The notes below the pieces were generated by a model. The model was not told the DNA's origin, ran no database searches, and worked only from the letters and a program-made list of their open reading frames with translations. Positions 43,458 to 52,707 of a stretch of 63,004 nucleotides of DNA are shown here, one piece after another. Position numbers and translations under genes: made by a program. Each line of letters opens with the position of its first letter. Within the stretch, counting starts at the first letter, position 1. This DNA is from Thermoanaerobaculia bacterium (GTDB taxonomy: Bacteria > Acidobacteriota > Thermoanaerobaculia > Gp7-AA8): contig DATLEX010000175.1 in the NCBI GenBank assembly GCA_035525045.1, positions 1 through 63,004 of the forward strand, written 5' to 3'.

Positions 43458-45899
43458 GTTAGAAGGCCCCGGAGGCTCCTGCTCCGCCGGCGCCGGCGCC
43501 TCCTCCTCCCACTCCGGCGCCGGGCTTTCCGCTCCCTCGCCCGACATGGCCGAGGCGTCGTCGGCGGCCATGATGGGCTCGGATTCCTTCGGCTGGTAGA
43601 AGGCCCGTTGCATGTAGTAGGGCAGCTTGCCGACCGCCACCATCTCCCCGCTGCAGTCCTGGTCGGGCTCCTGCCCGGTGATGAAGGCGGCGGTGACCAC
43701 TCGGGTGCAGGGTCCCACGCCGCGGCGGCCGCTGCGGAGATCCATCGGCACGATGACCACGCCGGGCGGCGCCTCGAACTCCCTGGCGGTGCCCGTGCGG
43801 AGGTTCCGCTCCTCGAACTGCCGGAAGATATCGATCCAGATGGGAAGGGCCGTGGCCGACCCCGTGGCGCCGCCGCCGAGGGAGCGGCTCGGGTCGTCGT
43901 AGCCCATCCACACCCCGACGGTGAACTCGGGCGAGAAGCCGATGAACCAGCCGTCGGTGTATCCGTTGGTGGTCCCGGTCTTGCCGGCCAGCGGTTCGGC
44001 CAGCCGGTTCGCCGCGTAGGCGGTGCCGCGGTCGATGGTCCCTTTCAACATGTAGGCGACCTCGTAGGCAACCTGCGGCTGGGTCGCCTCCGACAATTCC
44101 GCCGGCGGCTCCTCCAGGACGCGTCCCGAGTGGTCGGTGATGCGGGTGATGCGGCGCGGCTTGACGTACACGCCGTGGTTGACGAAGACGTTGTAGGCGG
44201 CGGTCATCTCCAGCGGAGAGACTCCCGCGGAACCGAGGGCCAGCGAGGGATAGGGCGGCAGATCGGCGGTGATGCCGACGCGCCGGGTGAAGTCGATGAC
44301 GTGATCGATCCCGGCCATCATCAGCGTCTTCACCGCCGGAATGTTGATGGACAACTCCAGCGCCCGCTGGATGGTGACGATCCCGGCGTACCGTCCGCCG
44401 TAGTTCTTCGGCGTGTAGGAGGTCGCGGCGTCCTGGCGAATCTCGATGGGGGCGTCGAAGAGCGTGTCGGCGGGAGTGAGCCCTTTCTCGAAGGCGGCGG
44501 CGAACACCAGAGGCTTGAACGACGAGCCGGTCTGCCGTCGCGACTGCGTGGCCCGGTTGAACTTGGAGAGGTAGTAGCTATACCCGCCCGCCAGCGCCCG
44601 GATCTCCCCCGACTTCACGTCGAGGACGACCGCCGCCCCCTGCACCTGCGGGAGCTGGTCGAGCACCCAGCGCTGCTGCTTCGACCTGGCGTCCTCGGTC
44701 TGCCGGACGTGCACCAGGTCGCCCGCGCGCAGCATCCCCTCCATGCTCTTGCGCCGCGTCCAGGCGAAGGCGTCGGGAGGAAGCACGATCTCGTCCTTCC
44801 CCACCCGGACTTTCACGTTCTGACGCCGGACCTCGGTGACCACTGCCGGATAGAGCTGATCGAGCGCGTCCTCCGCGTTCGTCCAGGCCGGATCGCGGTA
44901 GCTCTCCGGATCGAGTCCCTCGGCGATTAGATTCCGGGCCGGCTTCCGGAACCCGCGGCGCTGGTCGAAGGCCCGCAGTCCGCGCTGCAGCGCCGTCTCC
45001 ACGATCTGCTGAATCTGCAGGTCGAGCGTCGTGTGCACGCGCAGCCCGCGCTGGTAGAGGTTCTCCACGCCGAATCGCTCGCTGTGCTCGATGTACTGCC
45101 GGACCTCCTCGGCGAAGTAGGCGCCGATCTTCGGCATCTCCTCCTTGTACGTGCCGAGGACGATCGGCGCGGCCAGGGCCTGCTGGTACTGATCGCGGCT
45201 GATGTATCTCTCGTCGACGAGGCGCCACAGGACGTGGTTGCGACGGCGTTTCGCGGCCTCCGGATTGATCAGGGGGCTGTAGGAGCCGGGCCGGCGGATC
45301 AGGCCGGCGATGAGGGCGGCCTCGGTCAGCGTCAGGTCCCTGGCGTGCTTGCCGAAGTAGAAGCGCGAGGCCTGCTCCACACCGTAGGCCCCGTGCCCGA
45401 AATAGACCTGGTTGGCGTAGAACTCGAAGATCTGGTCCTTGGGAAAGTCCTTCTCGATCTGCACGGAGAGGAAGGCCTCGTTGATCTTGCGCCGGAAGCT
45501 CTTCTCCGGCGTCAGGAAGATCATCTTCGCGAGCTGCTGAGTGATGGTGGAAGCGCCCTCCAGCTTCTTCCGGGCAATGATGTCTTTGAGGGCGGCGCGG
45601 GCGATGGCCTTCGGATTGATGCCGCCGTGGCGATAGAACTCCGCGTCCTCGGTGGCGACGATGGCGTTGACCAGGTGCGGGGACATGTCCTTCTTCCCGA
45701 CGATGATCCGCTTCTGGATGGAGTACTCGGCGTAGGCCACGCCGTGCCGGTCGAAGATCCGGGTGATGATGGCCGGCTGGTAATCGGCCAGCGCCTTGAC
45801 CGTCGGCACCCGGATGGCGTGGGCCGAGAGAAACCCCGCCGGGACCCCGAGTACCACGGCCACGAAGAGGATCAGAAGGCGGGATCGGATTCGGGACAT
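43443..45899 (-). CDS. mrcA: penicillin-binding protein 1A (bifunctional transglycosylase/transpeptidase)
   Basis: 818 aa with an N-terminal TM. GT51 motifs EDAEFYRHGGI and RKINEA. Transpeptidase motifs SSFKP and KTGTT. Pro/Ala/Glu-rich tail. Confidence 0.93.
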   Translation of the reverse strand: MSRIRSRLLILFVAVVLGVPAGFLSAHAIRVPTVKALADYQPAIITRIFDRHGVAYAEYSIQKRIIVGKKDMSPHLVNAIVATEDAEFYRHGGINPKAIARAALKDIIARKKLEGASTITQQLAKMIFLTPEKSFRRKINEAFLSVQIEKDFPKDQIFEFYANQVYFGHGAYGVEQASRFYFGKHARDLTLTEAALIAGLIRRPGSYSPLINPEAAKRRRNHVLWRLVDERYISRDQYQQALAAPIVLGTYKEEMPKIGAYFAEEVRQYIEHSERFGVENLYQRGLRVHTTLDLQIQQIVETALQRGLRAFDQRRGFRKPARNLIAEGLDPESYRDPAWTNAEDALDQLYPAVVTEVRRQNVKVRVGKDEIVLPPDAFAWTRRKSMEGMLRAGDLVHVRQTEDARSKQQRWVLDQLPQVQGAAVVLDVKSGEIRALAGGYSYYLSKFNRATQSRRQTGSSFKPLVFAAAFEKGLTPADTLFDAPIEIRQDAATSYTPKNYGGRYAGIVTIQRALELSINIPAVKTLMMAGIDHVIDFTRRVGITADLPPYPSLALGSAGVSPLEMTAAYNVFVNHGVYVKPRRITRITDHSGRVLEEPPAELSEATQPQVAYEVAYMLKGTIDRGTAYAANRLAEPLAGKTGTTNGYTDGWFIGFSPEFTVGVWMGYDDPSRSLGGGATGSATALPIWIDIFRQFEERNLRTGTAREFEAPPGVVIVPMDLRSGRRGVGPCTRVVTAAFITGQEPDQDCSGEMVAVGKLPYYMQRAFYQPKESEPIMAADDASAMSGEGAESPAPEWEEEAPAPAEQEPPGPSNPVNG

Positions 45900-45907
45900 G
45901 TGATTTC

Positions 45908-46022
45908 AGTTTATCCTGAGGCCGGAGGGCCGAAGGATTTCCCGTTGCACCCGCGCGGATGTCGCGACAGAGGAAGGCCTCGCAGGTGCACCGGAGATCC
46001 TTCGCTTCGCTCAGGATAAACT
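45908..46022. repeat. ~115-bp palindromic intergenic element (TTTATCCTGAG termini, GAAGGAT core)
   Basis: AGTTTATCCTGAG (45908-20) pairs with CTCAGGATAAACT (46010-22). The inner pair is CGAAGGAT / ATCCTTCG. It sits in the divergent region between the PBP1A gene and the 46029 ORF. Confidence 0.85.
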
Positions 46023-46028
46023 ATACGC

Positions 46029-46436
46029 ATGTCCTCGGTTCCCATGAGCTCACCGACCCCCGACTGGAGCCGTCTGGTGGGGGACTCACTCAAGAACAAC
46101 GGCGTCTGGCACACCTATGCCAAGCTGATCGAGGCCCGGAACACCTATCCGGCCGACTTCGCTCTGCGCGGGTACGTCGAGATCGTCCGCAACGCCATCG
46201 TCAAACAGTTCCTGGAACAGCCCCGGGGAATGCAGGCGGTGCCGAAGCTGAGCGCGGAATTCCTGTCGAACTTCGACCAGTTCAACCTCAGCGCGCAGGA
46301 GGGCTATCTGGTCTCGCTCATCGACGGCCGCCTCGATCTCTCGAAGCTGCTGATCCTCAGCCCGTTCGACCAGTTCACCACGCTGTTCAACCTGGCCAAG
46401 CTCCAGCACGAGCGCGCCATCACGGTTCCGCAATGA
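46029..46436 (+). CDS. hypothetical protein coupled to a histidine kinase
   Basis: 135 aa with good coding bias. The stop overlaps the kinase ATG (ATGA at 46433-36). The C-terminal FNLSAQEGYLVSLIDGRLDLSKLLILSPFDQFTTLFNLAKL resembles a segment of the 32099..33757 protein. Confidence 0.6.
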   Translation: MSSVPMSSPTPDWSRLVGDSLKNNGVWHTYAKLIEARNTYPADFALRGYVEIVRNAIVKQFLEQPRGMQAVPKLSAEFLSNFDQFNLSAQEGYLVSLIDGRLDLSKLLILSPFDQFTTLFNLAKLQHERAITVPQ

Positions 46437-47470
46437 CGGCATTCGCAACGGATCTCCTCGACAAGCTGCCCATGGCCATCGCCATCGTCAACGATACGGG
46501 CCACATCGAGTATCACAACGCCGAGTTCACCGAGAATTTCGGGGTGGACGTGGCCTGGATCCGCGACGCCGCGCGGACCGTGGCCGGCGAACGCGGCTGG
46601 CTGCAGGCCTTTTTCATGGACGGGTCCGAACAGCGGACTATCGACGTAGAGGTGGAAGGACGGATTTACCGTGTCGACAAGATCATGAACGTCGCCCAGA
46701 ACGGGGCCGGAGCGGGGGTGGCGCTCTCCTTCGAGGATGTCACCGCGCAGCGGCAGGCCGAACAGGCCAAGTCCGACTTCACCGCGCAGATCGTCCATGA
46801 CCTGCGCGGGCCTCTCTCCGGGATCCAGGGCACGCTGGAGTTCGTGCTCTCCCAGGAGGCCGCCAAGCTCGACGCCATGTATACCGACCTCCTCAACGAG
46901 GCCCAGCACGAGTCCGAGCGGATGATGAATCTGATCAACGAGATTCTCGACTTCTCGAAGATCCAGTCGGGAAACTTCGCCGTCGAGTCCGAGCCGGTGC
47001 GCGTGGCGGGCCTGCTCAAGCGGGCCATCCGCAGCCTCCAGTCGGTCGCCTCCCGCGACGAGATTTTCCTCATCAGCGCCCACGGTCGCGACGTGCCGCA
47101 GATCATCGGCAGCGTGGAGAAGCTGACCCAGGCCATCATCAACCTGATCTCGAACTCGCTGAAGTTCACGCCCAAGAAGGGCCTGGTCTCGGTCGGGGCG
47201 CAGATCGTCCGCAACGACGAGATGCCCGAAGCCATCGTCATCACCGTCACCGACAGCGGCATGGGCATCAAACCCGGCGACCTGCAGAAGCTCTTCGAGA
47301 AGTACAAGCAGACCGCCAACAAGTCTCTCCGGGGTGGCGGCGGAACGGGCCTCGGCCTCTATATCGTCAAGCAGATCATCGAGGCCCACGGCGGCCAGGT
47401 CACCGTCGCCAGCATCGAGGGCGTCGGCACCAGCATGGTCCTGACACTGCCCGTCAAGCGCGCCGCGTGA
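46433..47470 (+). CDS. PAS-domain sensor histidine kinase (cytoplasmic)
   Basis: Start at ATG 46433 (MTAFATDLLDKLPMAIAIVNDTGHIEYHN is PAS-like). H-box FTAQIVHDLRGPLSGI, N/G boxes NLISNSLKFTP, DSGMGI and GGTGLGLYIVK. No TM segment. Confidence 0.9.
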   Translation: MTAFATDLLDKLPMAIAIVNDTGHIEYHNAEFTENFGVDVAWIRDAARTVAGERGWLQAFFMDGSEQRTIDVEVEGRIYRVDKIMNVAQNGAGAGVALSFEDVTAQRQAEQAKSDFTAQIVHDLRGPLSGIQGTLEFVLSQEAAKLDAMYTDLLNEAQHESERMMNLINEILDFSKIQSGNFAVESEPVRVAGLLKRAIRSLQSVASRDEIFLISAHGRDVPQIIGSVEKLTQAIINLISNSLKFTPKKGLVSVGAQIVRNDEMPEAIVITVTDSGMGIKPGDLQKLFEKYKQTANKSLRGGGGTGLGLYIVKQIIEAHGGQVTVASIEGVGTSMVLTLPVKRAA

Positions 47471-47978
47471 GCGGGCGCTCCAGCACCAGGTCCGTCTGCA
47501 CGTCCTTCCCCACGACGAACGGCGCCGTCCCCACCTCCCGGAAGCCCTGCTTGCGGTAGAACGCGAGGGCGCGGTCGTTCCGCTCCCACACCCCCAGCCA
47601 GAGCGTTCCGGCGCCTAGGCCGGCCGCGACGCGCTCGACCTCCCCCATCAGCATCTGCGCCACGCCGCTGCCGTGGTGCGCTTTCTCCACGTAGAAGCGC
47701 ATGATCTCCACGGGCCCCCGACCGGTGACGCACGGCGGCGGCTCTCCCGAGCGCACCTGCGCGTAGCCGATAAGGGCGCCCGCCTCGGCCAGCAACGTGA
47801 TGATGGCGGGGTCCTCGGTCTCGGCCCGCTGGCGGCTCTCGGTGTAGGCCCCGGCGAGGAACGCCTCCATGTCCTCCGCCGAATTCGACCGCGCGAAGGT
47901 GTCATGGAAGATCCGCGCCGCCAGCTCCGCCAGCGCCGCCGCGTCGGCCGTTCTCGCGCGGCGGATCGTCACCGGCAT
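47454..47978 (-). CDS. GNAT family N-acetyltransferase
   Basis: Start at ATG 47978 (MPVTIRRARTADAAALAELA). Acetyl-CoA-binding region YVEKAHHGSGVAQMLM. It overlaps the kinase gene convergently by 17 nt. Confidence 0.82.
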   Translation of the reverse strand: MPVTIRRARTADAAALAELAARIFHDTFARSNSAEDMEAFLAGAYTESRQRAETEDPAIITLLAEAGALIGYAQVRSGEPPPCVTGRGPVEIMRFYVEKAHHGSGVAQMLMGEVERVAAGLGAGTLWLGVWERNDRALAFYRKQGFREVGTAPFVVGKDVQTDLVLERPLTRRA

Positions 47979-49048
47979 ACGGCGTCGATCCCGTAGGCGA
48001 TCTCCTCCTCGGTCACATCGCCGGCGACGACGCAATCGCCGATGCGGCGCGGAAAGACCATGACCCGCGAAGTGCCGGTGTTCTTCTTGTCGTGCTCGGC
48101 CGCCGCCAGGACCGCGCGGCGGTCGAGGCGCGGCACCGGCGCCGGCTCGTAGCCGAGGATGGTCCGCTCGATGCGCGCCGCTTCCTCGCGGCCGAGCAGT
48201 CCCCGCCGCACGGCGATGGCGTTCGCGCCGATCATTCCCCACGCCACCGCCTCCCCATGCGTCATCCCTTCGTACTGCATCGCCGCCTCGAGCCCGTGGC
48301 CGATGGTGTGCCCGTAGTTGAGAAGCCGCCGGAGATCCGCTTCCCGCTCGTCGGCCGAGACGATGCGGGCCTTCACGCCGATTTTCCTGCGAACGAGCTC
48401 ATCGATGACAACAGGCTGCCGGGCCAGAACTGCCTGGCGATCCCTCTCGAAGAGCTCGAACAACTGCGGATCGCCGATCACGCCCCCCTTGAGCGCCTCG
48501 TAGATGCCGCTGAGCAGCTCACGCGCCGGCAGGAAATCGAGAACCGCCGTATCGGAGACGACCGCCTGCGGCGGGTAGAAGCTGCCGATGAGGTTCTTCC
48601 CCTTCGGATGGTTGACGGCGAGCTTGCCGCCGATGGAGCTGTCGACCTGCGCCAGCAGCGTGGTCGGGACGTGAACCAGGTCGATGCCCCGCAGGAAGAT
48701 CGACGCGGCGAAGCCGGCCGTATCGCCGACCATGCCGCCTCCCACGACCACGGCCATCGAGTCCCGCCTCGCACCCCGATCGAGCAGAGCGGTCACGACC
48801 GACTCCGCGGTGGCCAGCGTCTTGTGTGCTTCCCCCTCGGCGATGGTGACGATGCCGGCGGCCGGCTCGAACGATCGCGCCACGGGAACGCCGAACCGCT
48901 CCCGCAGCGACTCGGACGTGATCACGAACACCCGCCCGCGCGCTCGAACCAGCGACCCCACGCGATCGAGCAGGCCCCGCTCCACGAACACCGGATAGGA
49001 GGCGGAGGCCTGGTGGATCGCGATGAAAGGATGAATCGCCTCGTTCAT
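47969..49048 (-). CDS. aroB: 3-dehydroquinate synthase
   Basis: 359 aa with GGGMVGDTAGFAA and the typical metal-binding region LNYGHTIGHGLE. Confidence 0.92.
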   Translation of the reverse strand: MNEAIHPFIAIHQASASYPVFVERGLLDRVGSLVRARGRVFVITSESLRERFGVPVARSFEPAAGIVTIAEGEAHKTLATAESVVTALLDRGARRDSMAVVVGGGMVGDTAGFAASIFLRGIDLVHVPTTLLAQVDSSIGGKLAVNHPKGKNLIGSFYPPQAVVSDTAVLDFLPARELLSGIYEALKGGVIGDPQLFELFERDRQAVLARQPVVIDELVRRKIGVKARIVSADEREADLRRLLNYGHTIGHGLEAAMQYEGMTHGEAVAWGMIGANAIAVRRGLLGREEAARIERTILGYEPAPVPRLDRRAVLAAAEHDKKNTGTSRVMVFPRRIGDCVVAGDVTEEEIAYGIDAVCR

Positions 49049-49058
49049 CCCTCCTCCC

Positions 49059-50801
49059 TCATCCCTTCACGGTGATGCCCAGCTCAGCGAGCTGTTTTGC
49101 GTCCACACCCGACGGCGCCTCGCTCATCAGGTCCTGTGCCCGTGTCGTTTTCGGGAAGGCGATGACGTCCCGCAGCGAGTCGGCGCGAGCCATGAGCATG
49201 ACGATCCGGTCGACGCCGAGGGCGATCCCTCCGTGCGGCGGCGCTCCGTAGCGGAAGGCCTCCAGAAGGAATCCGAAACGGTCCTTCGCCTCCTCATCGC
49301 TGACGCCAAGCGCGCGGAACATGCGCGACTGTACGTCGGGCCGGTTGATGCGGATGCTCCCGCCGCCGAGCTCCAGCCCGTTCAGCACCACGTCGTACGC
49401 GCGCGCCATCGCCGAGCCGGGGTCGCTCTCCAGCTTGTCGAGGTCGCCCGGCGCCGGCGAGGTGAAGGGGTGATGGCGGGCGAAGTACCGCCCCGTCTCC
49501 TCGTCCCATTGAAACAGGGGGAAATCGGTGACCCAGAGGAAGTCCCACCGCTCGGCGGGAATCAGACCCTGCTCGCGGGCGACGCGCAGGCGCAACTGCC
49601 CGAGCACGTCCCAGACCGTGGTGGTGCTGCCCGCCACGAGGAGCGCGAGGTCGTTCTCCCCCGCTCCCAGGGCCGTCCGGAGCGCGTCGAACGCGGCCTC
49701 GTCGAGAAACTTCCGGATCGACGACCCCTTCTGCGCGTCGAACTTGATCCACACCAGGCCCGATGCGCCGAGCTTCTTCGCCTCTTCCGTCAGCTCGTCG
49801 ATGCGCTTTCGCGAGAGCGACGCTCCTCCCTGCACGATGATGCCGCGGACGGTTGCCGCGGCGCGGAAGGGCTCGAAGGGAGTGGCCCTCGCCACTTCGG
49901 TGATGTCGATCAGCTCCATGCCGAACCGGGTGTCGGGGCGGTCGATGCCGAAGCGATCCATGGCGTCCTGCCAGCGGATCCGCGGGAAGGGCCTGGTCAC
50001 CGGGATGGAAGCCAGCGGGAAGATCTCGGCGAAGAGGCCTTCGATCAGGCCGTAGACGAACTCCTCGTCGATGAACGAGGCCTCGACATCGACCTGGGTG
50101 AACTCCGGCTGGCGATCGCGCCGCAGATCCTCGTCGCGGAAGCAGCGGGCGATCTGGAAGTACCGCTCCAGGCCGGAGACCATCAGGAGCTGCTTGAAGA
50201 TCTGCGGCGACTGAGGAAGGGCGTAGAACATGCCGCGGTGGACGCGGCTGGGCACCAGGTAGTCGCGCGCCCCCTCCGGGGTCGACCTCGTCAGGATCGG
50301 CGTCTCGATCTCCAGGAACCCGCTGCGGTTCATGTACTCCCGGACGGCGAAGACCACCTGGTGGCGCAGCATCAGGTTCCGCGTCAGGGGAGCACGGCGG
50401 AGGTCGAGATAGCGGTACTGGAGCCGCAACTCCTCGGCGGCGTCCGTCTCGTCCTCGATCATGAACGGCGGGGTGTCGGCGCGGTTGAGGATCTCGATCT
50501 TCGACGCCACCACCTCCACCTCGCCTGTCGGCAGCTTCGGGTTGCGGCGCTCCTCCAGCCGGCTCACCACCTCCCCCTCCACGAGGACGACATACTCGGA
50601 GCGCACCTCCTTCGCCGCGGCGATGACGCTCGCCTCGGAGGTCAGCTTCTGGTCCGCGACCACCTGGCAGAGGCCGCTGCGGTCGCGGAGGTCGATGAAG
50701 ATCAGCTCGCCGAAGTCGCGCTGCTTCTGGACCCAGCCGGCCAGGACGACCTTCCGGCCGACGTGTTCTTTTCTGAGCGTGCCTGCGTGGGTGCGATTCA
50801 T
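49059..50801 (-). CDS. aspS: aspartate--tRNA ligase
   Basis: Start at ATG 50801 (MNRTHAGTLRKEHVGRKVVLAGWV). OB-fold N-terminus, class II motif 2 FRDEDLRRDRQPEFTQVD, and motif 3 GGIALGVDR. Confidence 0.95.
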   Translation of the reverse strand: MNRTHAGTLRKEHVGRKVVLAGWVQKQRDFGELIFIDLRDRSGLCQVVADQKLTSEASVIAAAKEVRSEYVVLVEGEVVSRLEERRNPKLPTGEVEVVASKIEILNRADTPPFMIEDETDAAEELRLQYRYLDLRRAPLTRNLMLRHQVVFAVREYMNRSGFLEIETPILTRSTPEGARDYLVPSRVHRGMFYALPQSPQIFKQLLMVSGLERYFQIARCFRDEDLRRDRQPEFTQVDVEASFIDEEFVYGLIEGLFAEIFPLASIPVTRPFPRIRWQDAMDRFGIDRPDTRFGMELIDITEVARATPFEPFRAAATVRGIIVQGGASLSRKRIDELTEEAKKLGASGLVWIKFDAQKGSSIRKFLDEAAFDALRTALGAGENDLALLVAGSTTTVWDVLGQLRLRVAREQGLIPAERWDFLWVTDFPLFQWDEETGRYFARHHPFTSPAPGDLDKLESDPGSAMARAYDVVLNGLELGGGSIRINRPDVQSRMFRALGVSDEEAKDRFGFLLEAFRYGAPPHGGIALGVDRIVMLMARADSLRDVIAFPKTTRAQDLMSEAPSGVDAKQLAELGITVKG

Positions 50802-50812
50802 GGTCTCAGAGC

Positions 50813-51325
50813 TCAGAGCTTCAAATACTCGTTCTTGTACTCGACGTAGACCCTCCACCCCCGATCCATCCGGGCCAGCTCCTCCGGCTTCAGGTCGCGC
50901 TTGACCTTGGCCGGGACCCCGGCCACGAGCGTGCGGGGCGGAACTTCCATTCCTTCCTGGACGAGGGCGCCGGCGGCGACGAGCGCGTACTCGCCGATCA
51001 CCGCGTGGCTGAGAACCTTGGCCCCGATGCCGATCAGCGCACCGCGGCCGATGGTGCACCCGTGCACGACCGCGGCGTGACCAACGGTCACCTCCTCGCC
51101 GATCACCGCAGGGCCGGTGCCGTGCTCCACGTGCACGACCGAGTTGTCCTGGATGTTGGTCCGCGCGCCGACGCGGATGACGTGGATGTCCCCTCGCAGG
51201 ACGGTCCCGAACCAGACGGAGCTGTCCTCGCCGAGCTCGACCTCACCGATGAGGATGGCGTTCTCCGCCACGAAGCAGCGCGCGCCCAGCCGCGGCTCTT
51301 TTCCGGCATACGGCCGCAGAATCAT
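50813..51325 (-). CDS. gamma carbonic anhydrase-like / hexapeptide-repeat protein
   Basis: Start at ATG 51325 (MILRPYAGKEP). Left-handed beta-helix repeats and SVWFGTVLRGD...IGARTNIQDNSVVH, typical of the YrdA/PaaY family. Confidence 0.85.
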   Translation of the reverse strand: MILRPYAGKEPRLGARCFVAENAILIGEVELGEDSSVWFGTVLRGDIHVIRVGARTNIQDNSVVHVEHGTGPAVIGEEVTVGHAAVVHGCTIGRGALIGIGAKVLSHAVIGEYALVAAGALVQEGMEVPPRTLVAGVPAKVKRDLKPEELARMDRGWRVYVEYKNEYLKL

Positions 51326-51336
51326 GGCGGCGGACT

Positions 51337-51864
51337 TTAGCACGGGGCGCGGGCGGGCTCGCCGGCACTCCACTCCCGCTCGTAGGTGAGGAAGCTGTAG
51401 GGCCAGGCGTTCTTCTCGTCGGACTCGAGGTGCTCGGCGTCGACCAGCTTCCATTCCGCGACGTCGTCGAACTCGGGGAAGAACGTGTCCCCCTCGAACT
51501 CGGAGTGGATACGCGTCAGATACATCCGGTCGGCGCGATGGAGCGTCTGCGCGAAGATCTCCGCTCCCCCGGCGATGAAGATCTCCTCGTCGCCCGCCGC
51601 CTCGGCCTTGCTGATCGCCTCCTCCACCGAGCGCGCCACCGCCACCCCTTCGGGGGAGAAGCCGGCGTCGCGCGTGACCACCGCGGTGATGCGTCCCGGC
51701 AGCGGCTTGCCCATCGATTGGAACGTCTTCCGCCCCATGATCACGTGATGACCCATGGTCAGGCTCTTGAAGCGCTTCAGGTCGGCGGGCATGTGCCAGG
51801 GAAGCCGGTTGTCGAGCCCGATCACGTCGTTCGCCGAGAGGATGGCGATGATCGAGACCGTCAT
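51337..51864 (-). CDS. folA: dihydrofolate reductase
   Basis: [43 protein letters not shown]. It overlaps thyA by 4 nt. Confidence 0.94.
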   Translation of the reverse strand: MTVSIIAILSANDVIGLDNRLPWHMPADLKRFKSLTMGHHVIMGRKTFQSMGKPLPGRITAVVTRDAGFSPEGVAVARSVEEAISKAEAAGDEEIFIAGGAEIFAQTLHRADRMYLTRIHSEFEGDTFFPEFDDVAEWKLVDAEHLESDEKNAWPYSFLTYEREWSAGEPARAPC

Positions 51865-52655
51865 ACCGCGATGGGAGCTTTGATGCTCGGGTGAGGGTCG
51901 TAGTTCTCCAGCGTGAAGTCGCTGAACCTGAACTCGAAGATGGAGCGGACCGCCGGGTTGAGGCGCATCGACGGCAAGGGGCGCGGGTCGCGCCCGAGCT
52001 GTGTCCGCGCCTGCTCGAGGTGGTTGGTGTAGAGGTGCGCGTCGCCGAACGTGTGCACGAATTCGCCGGGCTGGAGATCGCAGACCTGGGCCACCATCAG
52101 CGTCAGCAGCGCGTAGGAGGCGACGTTGAAGGGAACGCCCAGGAAGACATCAGCGCTGCGCTGATAGAGCTGGCAGGAGAGCCGTCCGTTGGCGACGTAG
52201 AACTGGAACAGCGCGTGGCACGGCGCCAGCGCCATCTCCTCCAGCTCTCCCACGTTCCAGGCGCTGACGATGAGCCGCCTAGAATCGGGATTCCTCCTGA
52301 TCTCCTCCACCACCTGGCTGATCTGGTCGATGTGCCGCCCGCCGCTGGCCGGCCAGGAGCGCCACTGCCGGCCGTAGATCGGCCCGAGCTCGCCGCCCTC
52401 GCCGGCCCACTCATTCCAGATCGTGACCTTGTTCTCGTTGAGAAAACGGACATTCGTGTCGCCGGCCAGGAACCACAGCAGCTCGTAGATGATCGAGCGG
52501 AGGTGCAGCTTCTTCGTCGTCAGCAGCGGAAAGCCAGCGCCGAGGTCGAACCGCATCTGGTACCCGAACACGCTCAGGGTCCCCGTCCCCGTCCGATCCG
52601 ATTTCGGCGTGCCGTTCTCCAGGACGTGGCGGACGAGGGAGAGGTAGGGCTGCAT
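51861..52655 (-). CDS. thyA: thymidylate synthase (ThyA type)
   Basis: 264 aa with [12 protein letters not shown] and the catalytic [12 protein letters not shown]. Confidence 0.97.
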   Translation of the reverse strand: MQPYLSLVRHVLENGTPKSDRTGTGTLSVFGYQMRFDLGAGFPLLTTKKLHLRSIIYELLWFLAGDTNVRFLNENKVTIWNEWAGEGGELGPIYGRQWRSWPASGGRHIDQISQVVEEIRRNPDSRRLIVSAWNVGELEEMALAPCHALFQFYVANGRLSCQLYQRSADVFLGVPFNVASYALLTLMVAQVCDLQPGEFVHTFGDAHLYTNHLEQARTQLGRDPRPLPSMRLNPAVRSIFEFRFSDFTLENYDPHPSIKAPIAV

Positions 52656-52707
52656 AAGGTCATTATGCGATGAGTCCGGAGCCGATGTCTTACACTACCC
52701 CGTCCTG

